From Chrysomallon squamiferum (taxonomy: Eukaryota; Animalia; Mollusca), in assembly GCA_012295275.1 (NCBI GenBank), contig CM022665.1:11718001-11782000 (forward strand): a DNA stretch of 64,000 nucleotides, given 5' to 3'. Both the position numbers and the translations under genes were made by a program. This document shows, one piece after another, positions 12,523 through 26,464 of the stretch; within the stretch, counting starts at the first letter, position 1, and each line of letters begins with the position of its first letter. The notes under the pieces are model-generated. The model was not told the origin of the DNA, made no database searches, and was given only the letters and a program-made list of their open reading frames with translations.

Positions 12523-15064
12523 TACAAATATCTGCTACCTACAGATCGACCTACATACATTCACACACACATGCACATACATATACATATATGCAGCTTA
12601 CACATATGCACATTCACCCTCACATACAGAAACCATAGAGACAGACAGATAGATGAATGGATAGGACTATAATGAGAAAAATAGATATTAACTGCTAGAG
12701 AGACCGACAGATGATTAGACACATACAAATAGATAGACAGACAGAGAGATATTTAGATGACAGTTACATAAATATATAGATGATGCTTACATAAATATAC
12801 AGACATACAAACAGATAGAAAGACAGACAGTTTGCTAGACACGCAGACAGATACACAGACATATTTACTGAATGGACGTTTCTTAGTAATAACAGAAATC
12901 TCAGTAGTATGTATGGTTTACCTCTTATGAATAAAAACCAAAATGAACCCACCTTGTTTTGTATCCAAGTAAAATGTGTATACGATAAAACATAACAGTA
13001 TCGAGCAACGTGAAGAAATTCTTGTTTCTGCCATTCTACCATCTGACAGAAAGTTGTTAGTTGATCAGCTAAGATAAATTCTCAGTCTTTTGTTAAATAT
13101 AAAAGTCACACTACGTGTTAAAAATACAGCGATCTTGTAAAGCAGGAAGATATTTAGAAACGTAAGTACAGCGTTCATCAAAAGGCTTTACAAATAATAA
13201 TGTAGACACAGATTTTTTTATGCACTAATTTTGTATGCGTGTCATTATTAATGTGTGTGCGTGTTTGTATAATTATGAATGTTTTTGAATATAACACAGT
13301 TATATTCATTTGCTTCTATGACCTTTGGTTCATAATACAAGATCGTTGTATTATACTTTTTTATTACATAATTTCCTGTGTTAAACTGGAAAGTTTAATT
13401 AATCACGTTATATTTAAATGTACTGTTATTGAAATTAAAATTCTTTCGTAGACCGTCATCAGATGTTTTATGAAGACAGCATATTTATTTATTTTACGAT
13501 CTTAATTTTCTTCTTTTTTTATGTTTATTTTATATTCTTTAAATTTAAAAAATAATAATAATTATTTTCGCCTTCATGAAAAGCATATTTTAGTTTGTGG
13601 AATTTTTTTGCTTGTGAAGTAATTTACAAAAGCTAATATGAGTGAATACTTCTATGAATTTACATTCTTTCAATAAATAAAGTAAAACTCTGTTTTGTAC
13701 TCCGAATAGCCAAGTCTGACAAACCGTCAACAATAAAATCTTCTTCTTTTTCATGCATGAGTGATAAACTGGAATGAACAATAAGTAAAATGCTTGTATA
13801 AAATCATCCAGGCTTGACGGATGGATGTAAAATTTGCTTTGTGAGTTCATTAATTGTATGTAATATACCAAGACATCCGTGTGCAAATTTAGACTGTGCA
13901 CCATTCACCCCTACGTACACAAACACACTCTTACACACATCAGTATACTTCATTTCATATTAAAGGTTTGGGAAGAACCAAAAATTAATCACTTGTTTTC
14001 ATTAATGATTAAATGATTAATTTGATTTAATTTAAGCATATGTACTACGGTTGTATTATATTAACACTTAGGTTGATAAAATTCGTTGATATTAGTACCT
14101 CAAATTATAAAAATAATAATAGCAATAACAATAATATATAAAAAAAAATAATAATAGTAATAATAACAGTAACAACAACAACAACAACAGCAATACTAAA
14201 AATAATAATAGTATATTACAATGTTCGACAATAATATCATATTATTAAATGGGTTAGTAATAATAATATATCACGCATAAACCTCTCTAAAAATAATATA
14301 TGACGCATAAAACGCGCCAGTAAATAATATCACATATTGTTATTAAAAGTCACTAACTAAAGTATACAACATATCAAACAGGTGATCACATTGTGTACAA
14401 CTACTAACAATAACCTATCTAAGAATAACTCATTACATAATGATTATAAAAATATTCAAGACATATCTAGGAATAATAAAATATCTTTAAAAATTCACGA
14501 ATTTCTAAATTATATAATTTTATTATCATTTTTTCTTTCTTTCTTCTGGAAGCATTCTATAATTAAAATACGTATAACACACTCATACACGCACAGACAC
14601 AGACACACACGCGCGCGCGCGCTGACACACATTTAGAATATAAAAATGTATTCAGGAGGATAGGTCATTTTAAGGAAGATATAATTTATTTAGAAAGTGT
14701 TTCCTCCCAACCCCAGGAACTTGTATCTAGGATTAACAGATTACGTATAATAATGTTATTCTGGAAATGTATACTTCACAATGTCATTTATAAATATTAT
14801 AACATATTATAAATATTATAACATATTATAAATATTTATAGAAAACGGATTTTCGAACATGTACATGACTAACAGGGACGTTTTCCAACATCTAGGACAT
14901 CAGAATGAAATATTACAAGAAAAACATTTAAAGCAACATTTTTAGGACTAACAAATCAAAATAAATAATTAAATAAATAAATAAAATTTTTAAAATAACG
15001 AATATATTGAAGATTACTCTATGTTAGATTATAAAGAAATTTTCAGAAACACAGACGAAAAAGA

Positions 15065-15995
15065 TCACATGTAATATAGTTCATTATCTTCCATAAAACA
15101 GCCAGGCTTGCAGGAGTCTTGACTGTCTTCTTCTGCTACAAGTTTAGCATGTTTACTCTTGGGCAATGTGCTTTCATAAACGTCCTTGTCTTTCACGAGT
15201 GCACCTGGAAGACATAGAGGAGGCTCGGACGCTGGTCTGCCGATGGCGTCAGCTGGTACAGAGTACGGATGCTCGTCCTCGGAGTCTTGTTTCTCTCGTT
15301 TAGAATTTTTCAGAGAGTCTAAAGGCAGCATGTAAGGAACGCTGTCCCTTGACTCCACTGGCTGTTGTATCGAATTACCGACTGGTTTATTCTTACCAGA
15401 CTCTGCAAGAATGGTATCAGGAGACTGTTCCTTGTTGGTGTTTTTTCTGGAATTACCATCATTATCAGCCGTTCTATTTAGACTGTGTTCATTTGTATTC
15501 TTATCTGAAATAAAGCCAATCATTCTGTAGTATAAATCTGGTTTATTTTCTTTCGTGTTTGCTGCTTCGGTTACTTTTCTTTGTTTGTTTGGAACAACGA
15601 TCGCATAGTCATTATTTATTGGAGGCTTCTCTTGGTCGATTTTCGAGGATGAATTGCTTTTATCGAATTGTCTTTCTGATTTTCTGGAACCTTCAGACGA
15701 CTTTACGCACGGGTTAGCATAACTGTATCCATTGCTGTTGATTTGTTGATAATTAGATTCCCAAGGATCATCTTTCAGGTGACTTTTACTTATCGGAGTG
15801 GTAACGACGTGGGAAGCGTCGGCGACCATCTTTGGTTTGCCATCCTGGTTATCCAGGTTAATTTCAGTATAGTCGTGAAGTTCCAGCTTGTTGTGATTAG
15901 AATTATCGCAACTCTCATCCATCTGAAAACATTTATTGTCATACTCCATGTCTGTAGTTTTCTTTTCCAAGTATTCCTTTCTGTTAAATCTTCTT
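15065..15995 (-). CDS. Gene 3 cytoplasmic tail exon
   Basis: Long open frame (ORF 15065..15970) beginning RRFNRK after the TM; many Tyr motifs (YTEI, YQQI, YAIV, YSVP, YYM). Confidence 0.85.
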
Positions 15996-18094
15996 CTGCA
16001 ATAAAATATAAAAAATATCTCACTGAAAGTAAAATCAAATATGTATAATCAAGTCAAATCATTAAAAACAGTTCGATAAAAATATTGGTATGGACTACAT
16101 CTCTTTCGGAAATCGACTGATAACAAGCAAACAGCATTATTAATTAATAAGAATATATGCAAAGTACTGGTTGATCATAAACTCACCTGATAACAAAAAC
16201 ACCTGTAATTGCTGCACCAACGAGCAGTATTCCCAAAATTGTTGATATCACTATTATTATAACTGTGGTTCTTTTGTTTTCTGAAAAAAATAAATATTAA
16301 AAAATCCAGATCTTAGATGTGTTTAAATATTCTATTGATTTTTGTAATTTCATTATTATTATTATTGTTATTGTTATTGCTATTATTATTATTGTTGTTA
16401 TTATTAGTATTAAATTACATTTATAAGACCATATACGTAGTAGCAATAAAACACACACAGACATGCATATTAAGGCATGTAATAATAATTTGTACTAATA
16501 TTCACCTATGCTTTCTAAATCTTTTAAATTTTCATTTCTTGTCGAGGTAACTGTTGACGTGAACGTTGATGGTGGTGAGGCACCTGTTGATAAAGATGTT
16601 GCATTCAAATGTGACACTGTAGCTGTGGATGTTGTCAGTATATTCATGTCTGATATATTGCCATTGCATTCAACAGTTATTTTACTGTTGTTTGCTGTAA
16701 TAGAAAGAAATAAGAAAAAAAATGCATGACTGAGTAAATTTGTTAAGGTAATGAACAATAACAAAAGTTCATACATTATATATTTATAAAACAAAACTCT
16801 CGCAATTAGTCTTTGCAAACAATAAAGTATAAAAGCAAATTTACGAGAGAATATTAGGAGGCAGACATTTAAAAAATAATTTATGATGTTAGTACGTACT
16901 CTTCGCAATGTGAAACAAACATCATTATAGTTTCCCTATCCTCAGTTTATCACGACTTTCTTTCATAACAGCAGTGGACTGTAGAAAATAAAATTACAGA
17001 ATGAAATTGAAATAATACATGCATATTAAGAATGAATTTGACATACCCTTTATCTCCATCCATACATTCTGTTGAGACTGATTCTTGTTGTTGTAAAATA
17101 TCTGAACTTTTTTCTGTGACTGAGCAATAATTAGGTTTTTCTTTTGTAAAAGACAGTTTTCAGTTGGACACAGTTCCACAACATCTCTTTCTGTATCCCA
17201 TAAAACTGTTGTAGAATTCACTACAGTGAAATCTGCAGCTTGTGTATAATTATCTTCGTACGAAAAGTCTAAACTGAGTATTTGAAATGCCATTAAATCG
17301 CCACTTGCTGTTAATAGGCACGTACATTTGTTATATGACGCATTTGACTTTGGGAATCCAGGGCTTTTCAAATGCAACATTGAATCTGTGTTTTGATATT
17401 CGTTGGCACAAATGTCAAAAGTATTAGAATCTGAAATATAAAATATTATAAAATATTATTAGTTATCTTGTTGGAAAAGAAAATTCTTACTTCAAGAAGG
17501 CAAATGCAAAATCTTAATTTCCAGTCACATAATACAAATTACTATATATATACGTTATAGAAACTCCGTATAATCAGCAGTTAAGTAAAAATCACTGACT
17601 CTAGATACTGACACATCCAGCCAAACATCAGATACAGAAACTGATGACATGAATACCTGTCATACCCATTTCCACACATCAAGTTGCAATGCAAAGTCAC
17701 AGAAAGAGACTCATCAAGTCCATTTGAAGCAAGCAGAACGAATGGTGAACAGAAACAACATATCTAATTTACCGCGTAAATAGAAGACAATGTTACTGTT
17801 CACATTCTAAAAGAAGTCGATGATATCTCTGAAATATTCCTGGCGTATGACTGAATGCAGTAGCAATGAGCTTTACTTAGTAACCATCAAAAGTGGCATT
17901 CTGAACAGAAAACTTTGTCGCAACCAGTTTGAAGTATTCGACTGATGATGTCTGCTCCCAATTTATTTAATTTGCCTCGTGTGTTACGTTCACTCGAGAT
18001 TCAAAAACATTGTGATGCATGGTGCTCTAAAGGTATGGACGATATTTGTATATCATAATTGTTGGCTGAAAAGTGTATTGCTGAATTGTTGAAC

Positions 18095-18134
<40 letters not shown>

Positions 18135-18399
18135 GCTGTTGTTGTTGTTATTATTATATGATATGGCTGACGGACAATACGTTATATTATACTGTATTCA
18201 GTTTACAAAAAAAAAAATAATAAAAATAAATAAATAAATAAAAAAATTATAATAAAAAAATTATATAAATAAATAAATAAACAAATAATCAAAATATTAA
18301 AATTGAAATAAAAAAAATAAAGAAATTAAAGAATTAAAATTAGAAATAGAAAAAACAATAAAAATTGTACTACTGCTGTTACTACTCTTACTACTATTA

Positions 18400-18434
<35 letters not shown>

Positions 18435-18459
18435 TAATATTCATAATAATTTAATTACA

Positions 18460-18513
<54 letters not shown>

Positions 18514-18870
18514 AGATTACCTAGATAAATCATAGAAGTGAGATCTTACCTTTGATACAGTCATAATTCACTTGAGCTGCAGTAACATTACAACCTTGAA
18601 AGTAATGAATTAGAAATTCTTGTTGACACTGTGTTTTTCCGTTGCATGTAACATACGTTTTCCAGTTTATGCGTGTACAGTTTAATTCAGTTATCTGTGT
18701 ACAGTTGTTATCTGTCTGTGTTCCTCCTCTAACATCCTTGATCTGTATCACTGAACCAACATCACATACAAGTTTCAATGTCACAAAATTACTTTTAAAA
18801 CAACTTGATGAAGTCTTTTGCTCACCTAAACAATGAAAAAACACCATGATAATAATAACAAATTACGCAA

Positions 18871-18929
<59 letters not shown>

Positions 18930-19095
18930 TTTTTTTTTACGTATTACTGATAAGCTATTAATAATTTATGTAAAGCGACTGAGATAGACGTTTTGAACAA
19001 CAAATTCAGTCATAATTTATCTAGATTATTATTATTATTATTTTTAAATAAAATAAAATGAAGTCTTTTGCTCACCTAAACAATGAAAAAACACC

Positions 19096-19129
<34 letters not shown>

Positions 19130-20531
19130 TTGCGTAATTTGTTTTTCTACGTAATATATTCCAAAATACAGTAACAGTTAGCGACTGAGATAGATGTTTT
19201 GAACAACAAATTCAGTCGTAATTTATCTAGAGTTTTATTATTATTATTTTTAAATAAAATAACATACACAGCGCTTAACTTGCAGTGTGCAATAATTGTA
19301 TCTGGGCAGCAACAAGATAATATATTACTGTAACGTATTATAACTGTTTACAGAATGGCCATTTTTATATGGTCAAAATTAGTTTCTTGATAAGATGAAG
19401 TAGTTTTTGTATTAGGACTGTGATGGTGGTGCTCAGTTACTCTGATGGTTACTATAGTTGTGTTGGTGATGGCAGAAGTAGTTTTCGTTATTGTTGCAAG
19501 TTGAGTAGATATAATATAAACTGGTAATAGTTATTTTTACTCTAGTGGTAGCTGTGGTTGCATTCATAACGGTATCAGTAATTATAATTTAATAACATAC
19601 GGTCAGGTGCGGTGAAGCGTATAATTGTTTAAAGGTAAACACTTTAACGGACATATTTTTGTAACAGTTTAGTAACGGGACAATGACGGTCGAAGTAGCT
19701 GTATTCATAAACAACATTTTCCAGAACGACAAGATAAATTTATCATGGTCATCAACTGGAAGAATTTATATATAAATAAATACAAGGTACACTTAACTTA
19801 AAATACACAATAATTACTAGGCAACCACAGTCAACAGTTAGATCTCAAAGTCTTGATCACGTGTTAAACAGCATGTCTGCCAGCAGTGAATAGTCTCTCA
19901 AAAATCGAAGCGACATAATAACAATAATAATAAGTATTATTATTATTGTTATTACTATAATAATAATTGAAATAATAATAATAATAATTTTTTTTTGTTG
20001 ATGATAATAATGATAAAAATAATAAGGTTAATAATAAGAATATAACAATATCAACAAAATCATCTTGCTTATTTTTCTTACAATTTTATATATAAATAAG
20101 TAAAAATTATTGTAATATTATTATTTAAGTCATTTACATTTGTTATTAAATCATGTCTGAACTTGTACTTGATTCTTTTGACGTCAAACAATATTTTTGT
20201 TATGAGGCAATTCATTCCACGCTACTGTACGTTGTCCACATTACTATTCTTTTTTTCTTTTTCTTTTTTAAATTTATAACTTTATATCTCTGTTTTTATT
20301 GTTTAATCTATACTACGTTGCATCCAGGAAGGTTTACCTAGCAATCCAAACACGACCGATGACCTACATTTCCTGTGAAAACAAATTACTGGTACACTCG
20401 AATTTATACCCGAACGTTTACATATAATTTACTTACCAGAACTTTGTAAAACCGTAGCCAAACAGGCAGAAAATCAGCAGATAAATGTATGCTGTAAATG
20501 TCCAACGATCTACATCGATGTGCTTTTCCAT
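15065..20531 (-). CDS. Receptor gene 3: signal + SUEL-like + CUB + stalk + TM + ~310-aa Tyr-rich tail (exon 1 has an apparent 1-nt insertion)
   Basis: Exons 20531-20437 (95 nt vs 94 in gene 4), 18825-18550 (276), 17430-17047 (384; LKSPGFP..Y..C CUB signature), 16694-16506 (189), 16280-16187 (TM VIIIVISTILGILLVGAAITGVFVI), 15995-15065. Exons 2-6 form one open frame. Confidence 0.8.
17047..17430 (-). CDS. Gene 3 CUB-like exon
   Basis: C...HLKSPGFPKSNASYNKCTCLL...FQILSLDF resembles the CUB N-terminal consensus; phase 1-1. Confidence 0.7.
17700..17935 (+). mobile_element. Degenerate fragment of a Ginger/KRBA2-SCAND3-type integrase C-terminal region, in gene 3 intron
   Basis: Broken translation LKQAERMVNR...DNVTVHI...NELYLVTIKSGILNRKLCRNQF resembles, from memory, the QAERM..GDNV.V..GIL...SRNQF pattern of this family; stops and frameshifts present. 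Confidence 0.55.
18550..18825 (-). CDS. Gene 3 SUEL-like exon
   Basis: 8 Cys, LVCDVGSVIQI...CNGKTQC...VNYDC; phase 1-1. Confidence 0.75.
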
Positions 20532-20822
20532 TTTCTCTCGACTGATGGAAATCCCTTCGCGATGGTTCACTGTTCAACAGATATTCCACTCATACTAACT
20601 GAAGGGTCGACATAACTTTTTCTCCATTGTGAGCTATACAATGAACTAAAAAGACCTGTCTGTCTGAGATAACAGGTTTCTTTGTCCGAAGGCGTCGAGT
20701 AGTTCTATACAAATATTAAACTTAGGATTACGTAGTCAAATCGAACCAGAACAAAATTAAACTTAGGATTAAGTAATAAAATACCTTTATTCATTTTTAA
20801 TACGCGTCCTACAACACTTAAA

Positions 20823-20872
<50 letters not shown>

Positions 20873-22057
20873 TAAAAAATAACAATATATAGACGTATGT
20901 ATATATTATATTTATGCCTATGATTCATAGAACTTGTCACTGTTTAAAACGGAAGGAAAAATCGATTTACGGCTTAAAGCAAAAAAAGAAAAAAAGAAAA
21001 AAAACATAAAAAAATAGCAACAAAGAAACTCATAATAAATGATGTCTGTGTATTGTAGAGAAAAGCTTCCTTGTTCAAAGGAAAGTATCACCGTTTTAAA
21101 GTGAAAATGAAATAAAACTACGCAGCTGATATCACTATTATTATAAATATGTATGTGTATGCATGTAAGTAAGCATATATGGGTGTGTGTATGTATGTGT
21201 ATCCGTGCATGTGTGTACGTGTGTATATGCATGCACTATGTGTTTGTATATGTATACGTTTGTACATGTATGTATGCATGTACGCATATGTGCATATATT
21301 GTGAATAGATGAATACGTATCGATTAATGTATGCATGCTATTAAATATATCACCCATGTTCGTCATTGTAAGAACAACAATACATCATATACGCGGTGTA
21401 TTTGCTTCACATATAAAAATAAAGCTATATCGATTGAACCTATATGGGTGGCTGAAGATCAATATATGGTGTTAGTTGTTATTTATCGACAAATGATGTT
21501 TTATTAATTGAGAAACCTGGATATTGTACTTTTATATAAATAATAAAATAGCTAGCAGCACGCTTGAGGCGTCCATTCTTGTTAAAATAATAGCTGACTT
21601 ATAAAACGAGACAGTTTATTGTACTAAGTAAATATCACGTGTGTAATGTTTAATATATGTTATCTATAAATATATCCAAACAATGGCTATTAGGGGTGTT
21701 GTGTGTGTGTGTGTGTGTGTGCGTGAACAAATGCTGATAGAAATAATTTTGAACATCTACAGAATCAACGAAAAAAACACTGACAAGATTTATGTTAATA
21801 TTTCGACTGTATTTATTGTTCTCTTAATTATTTTACGTAACAGTTATACAAATTACAATGGGACTTAGCCACATCATTCATTCTGTAATATTATTTAATA
21901 TTTTAACACAGAATACGTTCGCTTAAATATTTATTTATTTATTCATTTGTATATTTTATATGATAAATTGGCTTTAAGTTATTTGATTGTTTGAAAAACA
22001 ATTTATTATCTCATAATAAAAGCCGATTTAAATAAATGAATAATGATGATGATGATG

Positions 22058-22102
<45 letters not shown>

Positions 22103-22591
22103 TATAATCAAATAAAATAATAACAGTAATAATAATAAAATATATAATAAAATAATAAAAACTGACGGCAGATTTATGAGATACATTTATACATTTGTTT
22201 ACTTATTTATATACAGGCAGTGAAAATTGTGGTTGATTCCAACGGGTATTCGATCGAAGACAGAAAGCAGTGTGTTTAAGAGATCGATATTTCCGTGTAT
22301 TTCTAAATGTAAGATGACAACAATGATGACAACGAAGTCATATATAGAATCAGCTGTTTCTTAATTATTTTGTTATTTCGTTTTCTATTCTGCTTTTTTC
22401 GTCTTCGTTTTTAATTTTGTAACGAGAGAGATGAACCGAGCGTTGGCGTAATTCTTTTAAATTTTATTTATATTTGTTTTTAACTGAATAATGATAATGA
22501 TTATAATAATAGTAATAACAGATCTGATGATGGTAATGATGATGATGATAATGATAACAATAATAATAATGATAATATATAATAAAAATAA

Positions 22592-22635
<44 letters not shown>

Positions 22636-22788
22636 CGACACCATCACCACCACCACCTATAACAACAACAACATTAATAAGAACAGTACTAACAATAATA
22701 CTAATACTAAAACTAATACCAATAATACTAATACTGAGTATTATTATTTTGTAAGTTATAAAGAGGTTGTCACAAATATAGACTGTCA

Positions 22789-23559
22789 TTACGATTTTCC
22801 AGACTTTACGCATGGGTTAGCGTAACTGTATCCATTGTTGTTGATTTTCTGATAATTAGATTCCCAAGGATCATCTTTCTGGTGACCACTCCTTTTAGTT
22901 ACAGGGGTGAGAATCGTCGACGGCCATATTTGGTTTGACATATCAATTTCAACATAGTCGTGAAATTCCAGCTTGTTGTGATTAGAATTAACGTAAATCT
23001 CATCCATCTGAAAACAGTTGTTATCATACTCCATGTCTGTGGTTCTGTTTTCCAAGTTATTCTTTTTGTTGAATCTGCTTGGGCAAAAGAGTGTAAAGAT
23101 ATGAAAATATTTCATCAAAAAAAAAAAAAAAAAAGAAGAAGAAAAATGTAATAAAATAAACAGATAAATGAAACGATATATGTTTAAGTATGTATTGTAT
23201 ATGTGTGTGTGCGTGCGTGCGTGCGTGTGTGTGTGTGTGTGTGTGTGGCTGACAGACATTTATTCAGTGTTTGATACTGGTTTCCGTTTTGGACACCAGG
23301 AAAATCTGACATCACTGTTCTTTAATTCGATTTTTAATATACATACATTTATCAATTATTTATTATTAAAAAAAAATATTAATAATAAAAAAATTAAAAA
23401 AATAAAAACTCACCTGATAATAAAACCACCTGAAATTATTGCACAAAAAATACTTGATATCACTATTATTATAACTGTAGTTCTTTTCTCTGGAAAAAAA
23501 AAAAAAAAAAATTAGGTGATGGATAAAAACAATTAAACAATCTACTGATTTTTCTAATT

Positions 23560-23593
<34 letters not shown>

Positions 23594-24115
23594 AAATAGT
23601 TATAAGACATGTACCTGTACACACACACAGACACGGGTAGATAGGTATATAGATAGATAGATAGATAATGTGTGTATGTATATTAACATTTGTAAGAATA
23701 CATATTAATAAAATACACCTATGCTTTTAGATTTTGTAAATCTTTATTTGTTTTCCAGATGACTGTTAATGGTGAGATGGTATCTACTGTAGAAAATATT
23801 GATGTCACTGTTATTTATAGCGACACTATTTTCTAGTGTTATATATTACCTGTAGATATACTGTTCGTGGAAACGACAGTTTGCTTTCTTCTGATATATT
23901 GCTTTACATTACTCACAAAGGTAATTGCATTGGTGCTTCCTATAATAGAAAACAATTCAAACAAATGTATAGCTATGCTTTTCTCTTTATACGTGAACAG
24001 TTGTTTGTGTACTTACGCTATTTGTCTGTGTTCCTCCTACAACATCCTAGACTTTATATCACTGAACCAAAATCACCCAAAATATTCAGTGTGTTATTAT
24101 CTCTGATATTATTAC

Positions 24116-24181
<66 letters not shown>

Positions 24182-24400
24182 AACAGCAACATCAACATCA
24201 ACAAAAGTAATAATAGCAACAATAATTATAACAACAATATTAATACACTGCTGTAATGCATTAGTCGCTCGAAAGTGTGCTGTTGAATTACTATATGTTA
24301 CTCTTATTATTATTATTATTACATGACATTGTCTGATCTGGCTTAGAAGCCAACAGTGAAGAATAATCAGTTGGTTACCTATATCATATCATATCATGTC

Positions 24401-24447
<47 letters not shown>

Positions 24448-24944
24448 TATGTACCAATATTGTACATTTAACATTATTTAGATAATTCATAGAAATGAGT
24501 ACTTACCTACAACACAGTCATATTTAACTTGAACTGCAGTAACACTGCATCCCTGAAAGTCATACATTAGAAATTCTTGTTGACACTGTGTCTTTCCATT
24601 ACATGTGATGTACTTTTTCCAGTTTATTTGTGAACATTTAGTTATCTGTGTACAGTTGTCATTTGTGTGTGTTCCTCCTACAACATCCTTGACTTGTATC
24701 ACTGAACCGAAATCACAAACAAGATTCATTGTGACGAAAGTAGTCTTGAAACACTTTGACGAAATCTGCTGGTATTCTAAACAAAGCAAAAAAAAAAAAA
24801 AAAAAGACTTTGCAGTATTTTCTTAAATGATGATGATGATGATAATAACGTAATTTTTAAAATGCTATTTCTGTTTCATTTCTTGGAGGATAAAACTTTT
24901 ATAAAGATAGATAGTTATTTTATATATCTCATTTAATATAATCA

Positions 24945-24990
<46 letters not shown>

Positions 24991-25365
24991 TTTTTTTTTT
25001 TTTTTTTTTTTTTTTCGGGAGATCTTCTTAATTTAAATTTATTCTAGTACAGTTTTTCAATAACTTCATGGGTGGCCATGCCCCAACTTAACCCCTCAAA
25101 AATGTTGATGTCACCATGAGTATAAAAGCCAAAGAAGTTCTGGTAAAAGTGTAATATAATTAGTGCCTCAAAGGTGTTGAATTATGATTATTATTATTAT
25201 TATTTTTATTATTATTACATGACACGGGTTGATCCGGTTGAGAAACCAGCAGTGGATAATAATTATATCATATCATATCATGTCATCTTATATGCCGTGT
25301 CGTGTCGTATCTTGTGGTGTCATGTCTTGTCATGCGTCGTGTCATGTCAAATCATATTTAATTGT

Positions 25366-25410
<45 letters not shown>

Positions 25411-25788
25411 TGTACCAATATTGTACATTTAATATTATTTAGATAAAAAGAAATGAGTACTTACCTACGACACAGTCATATTTAACTTGAACTGCAGTAA
25501 CACTGCATCCCTGAAAGTCATACATTATAAATTCTTGTTGACACTGTGTCTTTCCATTACATGTGATGTACTTTTTCCAGTTTATCTGTGAACATTTAGT
25601 TATCTGTGTACAGTTGTTATTTGTGTGTGTTCCTCCTACAACATCCTTGACTTGTATCACTGAACCGAAATCGCATAGAAGATTCATTGTCACAAAATTA
25701 GTGTTCAGACACTTTGATGAAATCTTCTGATACTCTAAACAAACAAAAAATAAAATAAAATTAATAAATGAAATATTTTCAGTATATT

Positions 25789-25847
<59 letters not shown>

Positions 25848-26253
25848 CAAATATGTACCAATATTGTACATTTAACATTATTTAGATAATTCATAGAAAT
25901 GAGTACTTACCTACGACACAGTCATATTTAACTTGAACTGCAGTAACATTGCATCCCTGAAAGTCATACATTATAAATTCTTGTTGACACTGTGTCTTTC
26001 CATTACATGTGATGTACTTTTTCCCAGTTTATTTGTGAACATTTAGTTATCTGTGTACAGTTGTTATTTGTGTGTGTTCCTCCTACAACATCCTTGACAT
26101 GTATCACTGAACCAAATTCACATACAAGATTCATTGTCACAAAATTAGTGTTGAAACACTTTGATGAAATCTTCTGGTATTCTAAATACAGAAAAAAAAA
26201 AAAAAAACGAAAAGAAACAAAACAACACATTTGCAGCATTTTTTAATAATAAT

Positions 26254-26301
<48 letters not shown>

Positions 26302-26418
26302 TAGATTAACTTATTTTGTTTTTGTTTCATTATTTGGTGGGTTTTATATTTATGAAAATGAATAGTTATTTTTTAGACATCTGATTTAATATAATCATTT
26401 TAAAAATAATTAATGTTA

Positions 26419-26464
<46 letters not shown>

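Larger units (their letters stand above)
7543..13034 (-). pseudogene. Receptor gene 2: paralog of gene 1 with disrupted CUB and stalk exons but intact signal, lectin, TM and tail exons
   Basis: Exons 13034-12953 (MAETRISSRCSILLCFIVYTFYLDTKQ), 11301-10993 (309 nt, intact), 10294-9955 (340 nt, +1 vs gene 1, TGA at 10208-10206), 9807-9356 (452 nt, 20-nt insertion with TAA at 9505-9503), 8785-8680 (TM, TVTALSVLTAVLFLLLVTVSSILFW), 8062-7543 (tail to TAA). May still encode a product by exon skipping. Confidence 0.7.

Noticed and set aside
22457-22813. Poly-Ile ORFs resembling membrane proteins (also 44238-44666, 62566-63009)
   Set aside because: Translations of (AAT)n/(ATG)n microsatellites
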